IMG/VR virus record: IMGVR_UViG_3300043788_000023
Location: 32,001-96,000 of that record
Direction: 5' to 3' (one strand)
DNA from: a virus
DNA length: 64,000 nt
This document shows, in pieces, positions 63,192 to 64,000 of this stretch. The number at the start of each line of letters is the position of its first letter. The stretch's first letter is position 1. The position numbers and the translations under genes are program-made. The notes below the pieces were generated by a model. That model searched no databases and had not been told where the DNA came from. It was given only the letters and a program-made list of their open reading frames with translations.

Positions 63192-63228
63192 AAAAAAGAA
63201 AAAGCCCCGATAAACAGCGTCGGGGCTT
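63192..63228 (-). terminator. Rho-independent terminator after tail tube gene
   Basis: AAGCCCCGA-loop-TCGGGGCTT with a T tract on the minus strand. Confidence 0.7.
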
Positions 63229-63251
63229 CAACTTGAATTTCAGTCCGACGA

Positions 63252-63932
63252 TTACGAGCCGGAGTAAAGGAGCGACTGTCCTGTCCTGTCTGCGGGACCC
63301 ATACCAGCGTCCAAGAACTCGCCGTAGACCGAACCAGAGACGTCAAAAATGTCCGTGACAGTGATGGTGCAATCTTCTGCGACGGCTGCCGTGTCCACGG
63401 TGTATCCCGTGTTGTACGACTCCATCCAGCACCCTTCGTAAACCGTTGCGACGCAGAACACGCCGGGGTTGCCTGTGTTGTTCAAGCCACCCTCTGCGGG
63501 TACGTCAGCCACCGTTGCATTGCCCACGTCGCCCGAGTTGAACGATGCAAGCTCCGAGAAGACGACCTCGGTCTTGATGTCAAACGGCCAGCGGTGGTGC
63601 TTCAGCGAGCGAACAGCGCCGCTTGTGCCAGCCTTGTAACCGAGAACCTGCATGAGGTTCGCGAGGTACAGGCAAGTACGAGTGATGCTGATGCTCAGCG
63701 GGGTGGTGACGCCGGGCACGAGTTCAGCTACCTGATCGCCGTAGCCGAGACCGCGTACCGGGTCAATGGTCTTGGATTCCGTGTACGTAAAGCTGGAGGT
63801 CACGCCCAGTTTCACGAAAGCGCCGACGTCAACGAGGTCCGTGAAAATCTTGAACCTGGTGGACAGGACGGTCTCCGTGTTCGGGGTCGTTCCCTGCCTA
63901 TAGATGTAGGCTCCTTGCGTTGCCTGTGCCAT
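63252..63932 (-). CDS. Tail tube protein (myovirus-type), probable
   Basis: G..SSF...ES.....VRG.G....ELVPG...SI...R...PFDI...TVYEGCW.ESY......VAE..TI pattern; own terminator. Confidence 0.6.
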   Translation of the reverse strand: MAQATQGAYIYRQGTTPNTETVLSTRFKIFTDLVDVGAFVKLGVTSSFTYTESKTIDPVRGLGYGDQVAELVPGVTTPLSISITRTCLYLANLMQVLGYKAGTSGAVRSLKHHRWPFDIKTEVVFSELASFNSGDVGNATVADVPAEGGLNNTGNPGVFCVATVYEGCWMESYNTGYTVDTAAVAEDCTITVTDIFDVSGSVYGEFLDAGMGPADRTGQSLLYSGS

Positions 63933-64000
63933 AGTGTTTCCTCAATTAGGCACCCCAAAGTCGGGTGACCAAAAATTACTTAAACTGGAACTCTGACTTG

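Noticed and set aside
1-64000. Stop-codon reassignment, as seen in some large phages
   Set aside because: Genes tile densely under code 11, and TAA, TAG and TGA all act as coupled stops.
1-64000. CRISPR array, tRNA, integrase/transposase, reverse transcriptase (DGR/retron), portal
   Set aside because: No regularly spaced direct repeats, cloverleaf or diagnostic motifs recognised by eye. A portal could be divergent or outside the window; tRNAscan and HMM searches are needed to be sure.
1-64000. Host assignment
   Set aside because: GC content, the LpxH-like gene and lipoproteins are not sufficient to name a host.

Overview
About 59% GC segment of a large tailed dsDNA phage (jumbo-phage-like; host not determinable), standard genetic code, mostly minus-strand late genes. 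It contains a head module (prohead protease, scaffold, decoration protein, HK97-fold major capsid), a large terminase, a probable tail tube, a tail-fibre/baseplate cluster, two fibre-like proteins with inserted DUF3494 ice-binding domains, several holin-like membrane proteins, sigma-like regulators, HNH and EndoVII nucleases, an LpxH-like phosphoesterase and a C5 methyltransferase whose motif IX appears to be encoded in an overlapping alternative frame. Short islands of small early genes sit behind a repeated CTGGACA-N14-GCTGTATACT promoter. The most striking signal is a set of giant head-region proteins (about 740-1950 aa) built as strings of small unrelated domains (ART-like, tandem HiPIP-like, SWIM, wHTH, Zn ribbons, HExxH, PcfJ-like) joined by a recurring S/G-rich [K/R/H]-x-[A/G] linker (SKTA, VKKA, GKKA and similar). 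The same motif occurs in the protease, scaffold and capsid N-terminus, which suggests protease-processed, capsid-packaged cargo polyproteins. Also found: a candidate pseudoknotted ncRNA (about 26.48-26.61 kb) and a candidate late promoter motif (CTWTCN-N9/10-RYAG). All functional calls come from reading motifs by eye; no database searches were run.
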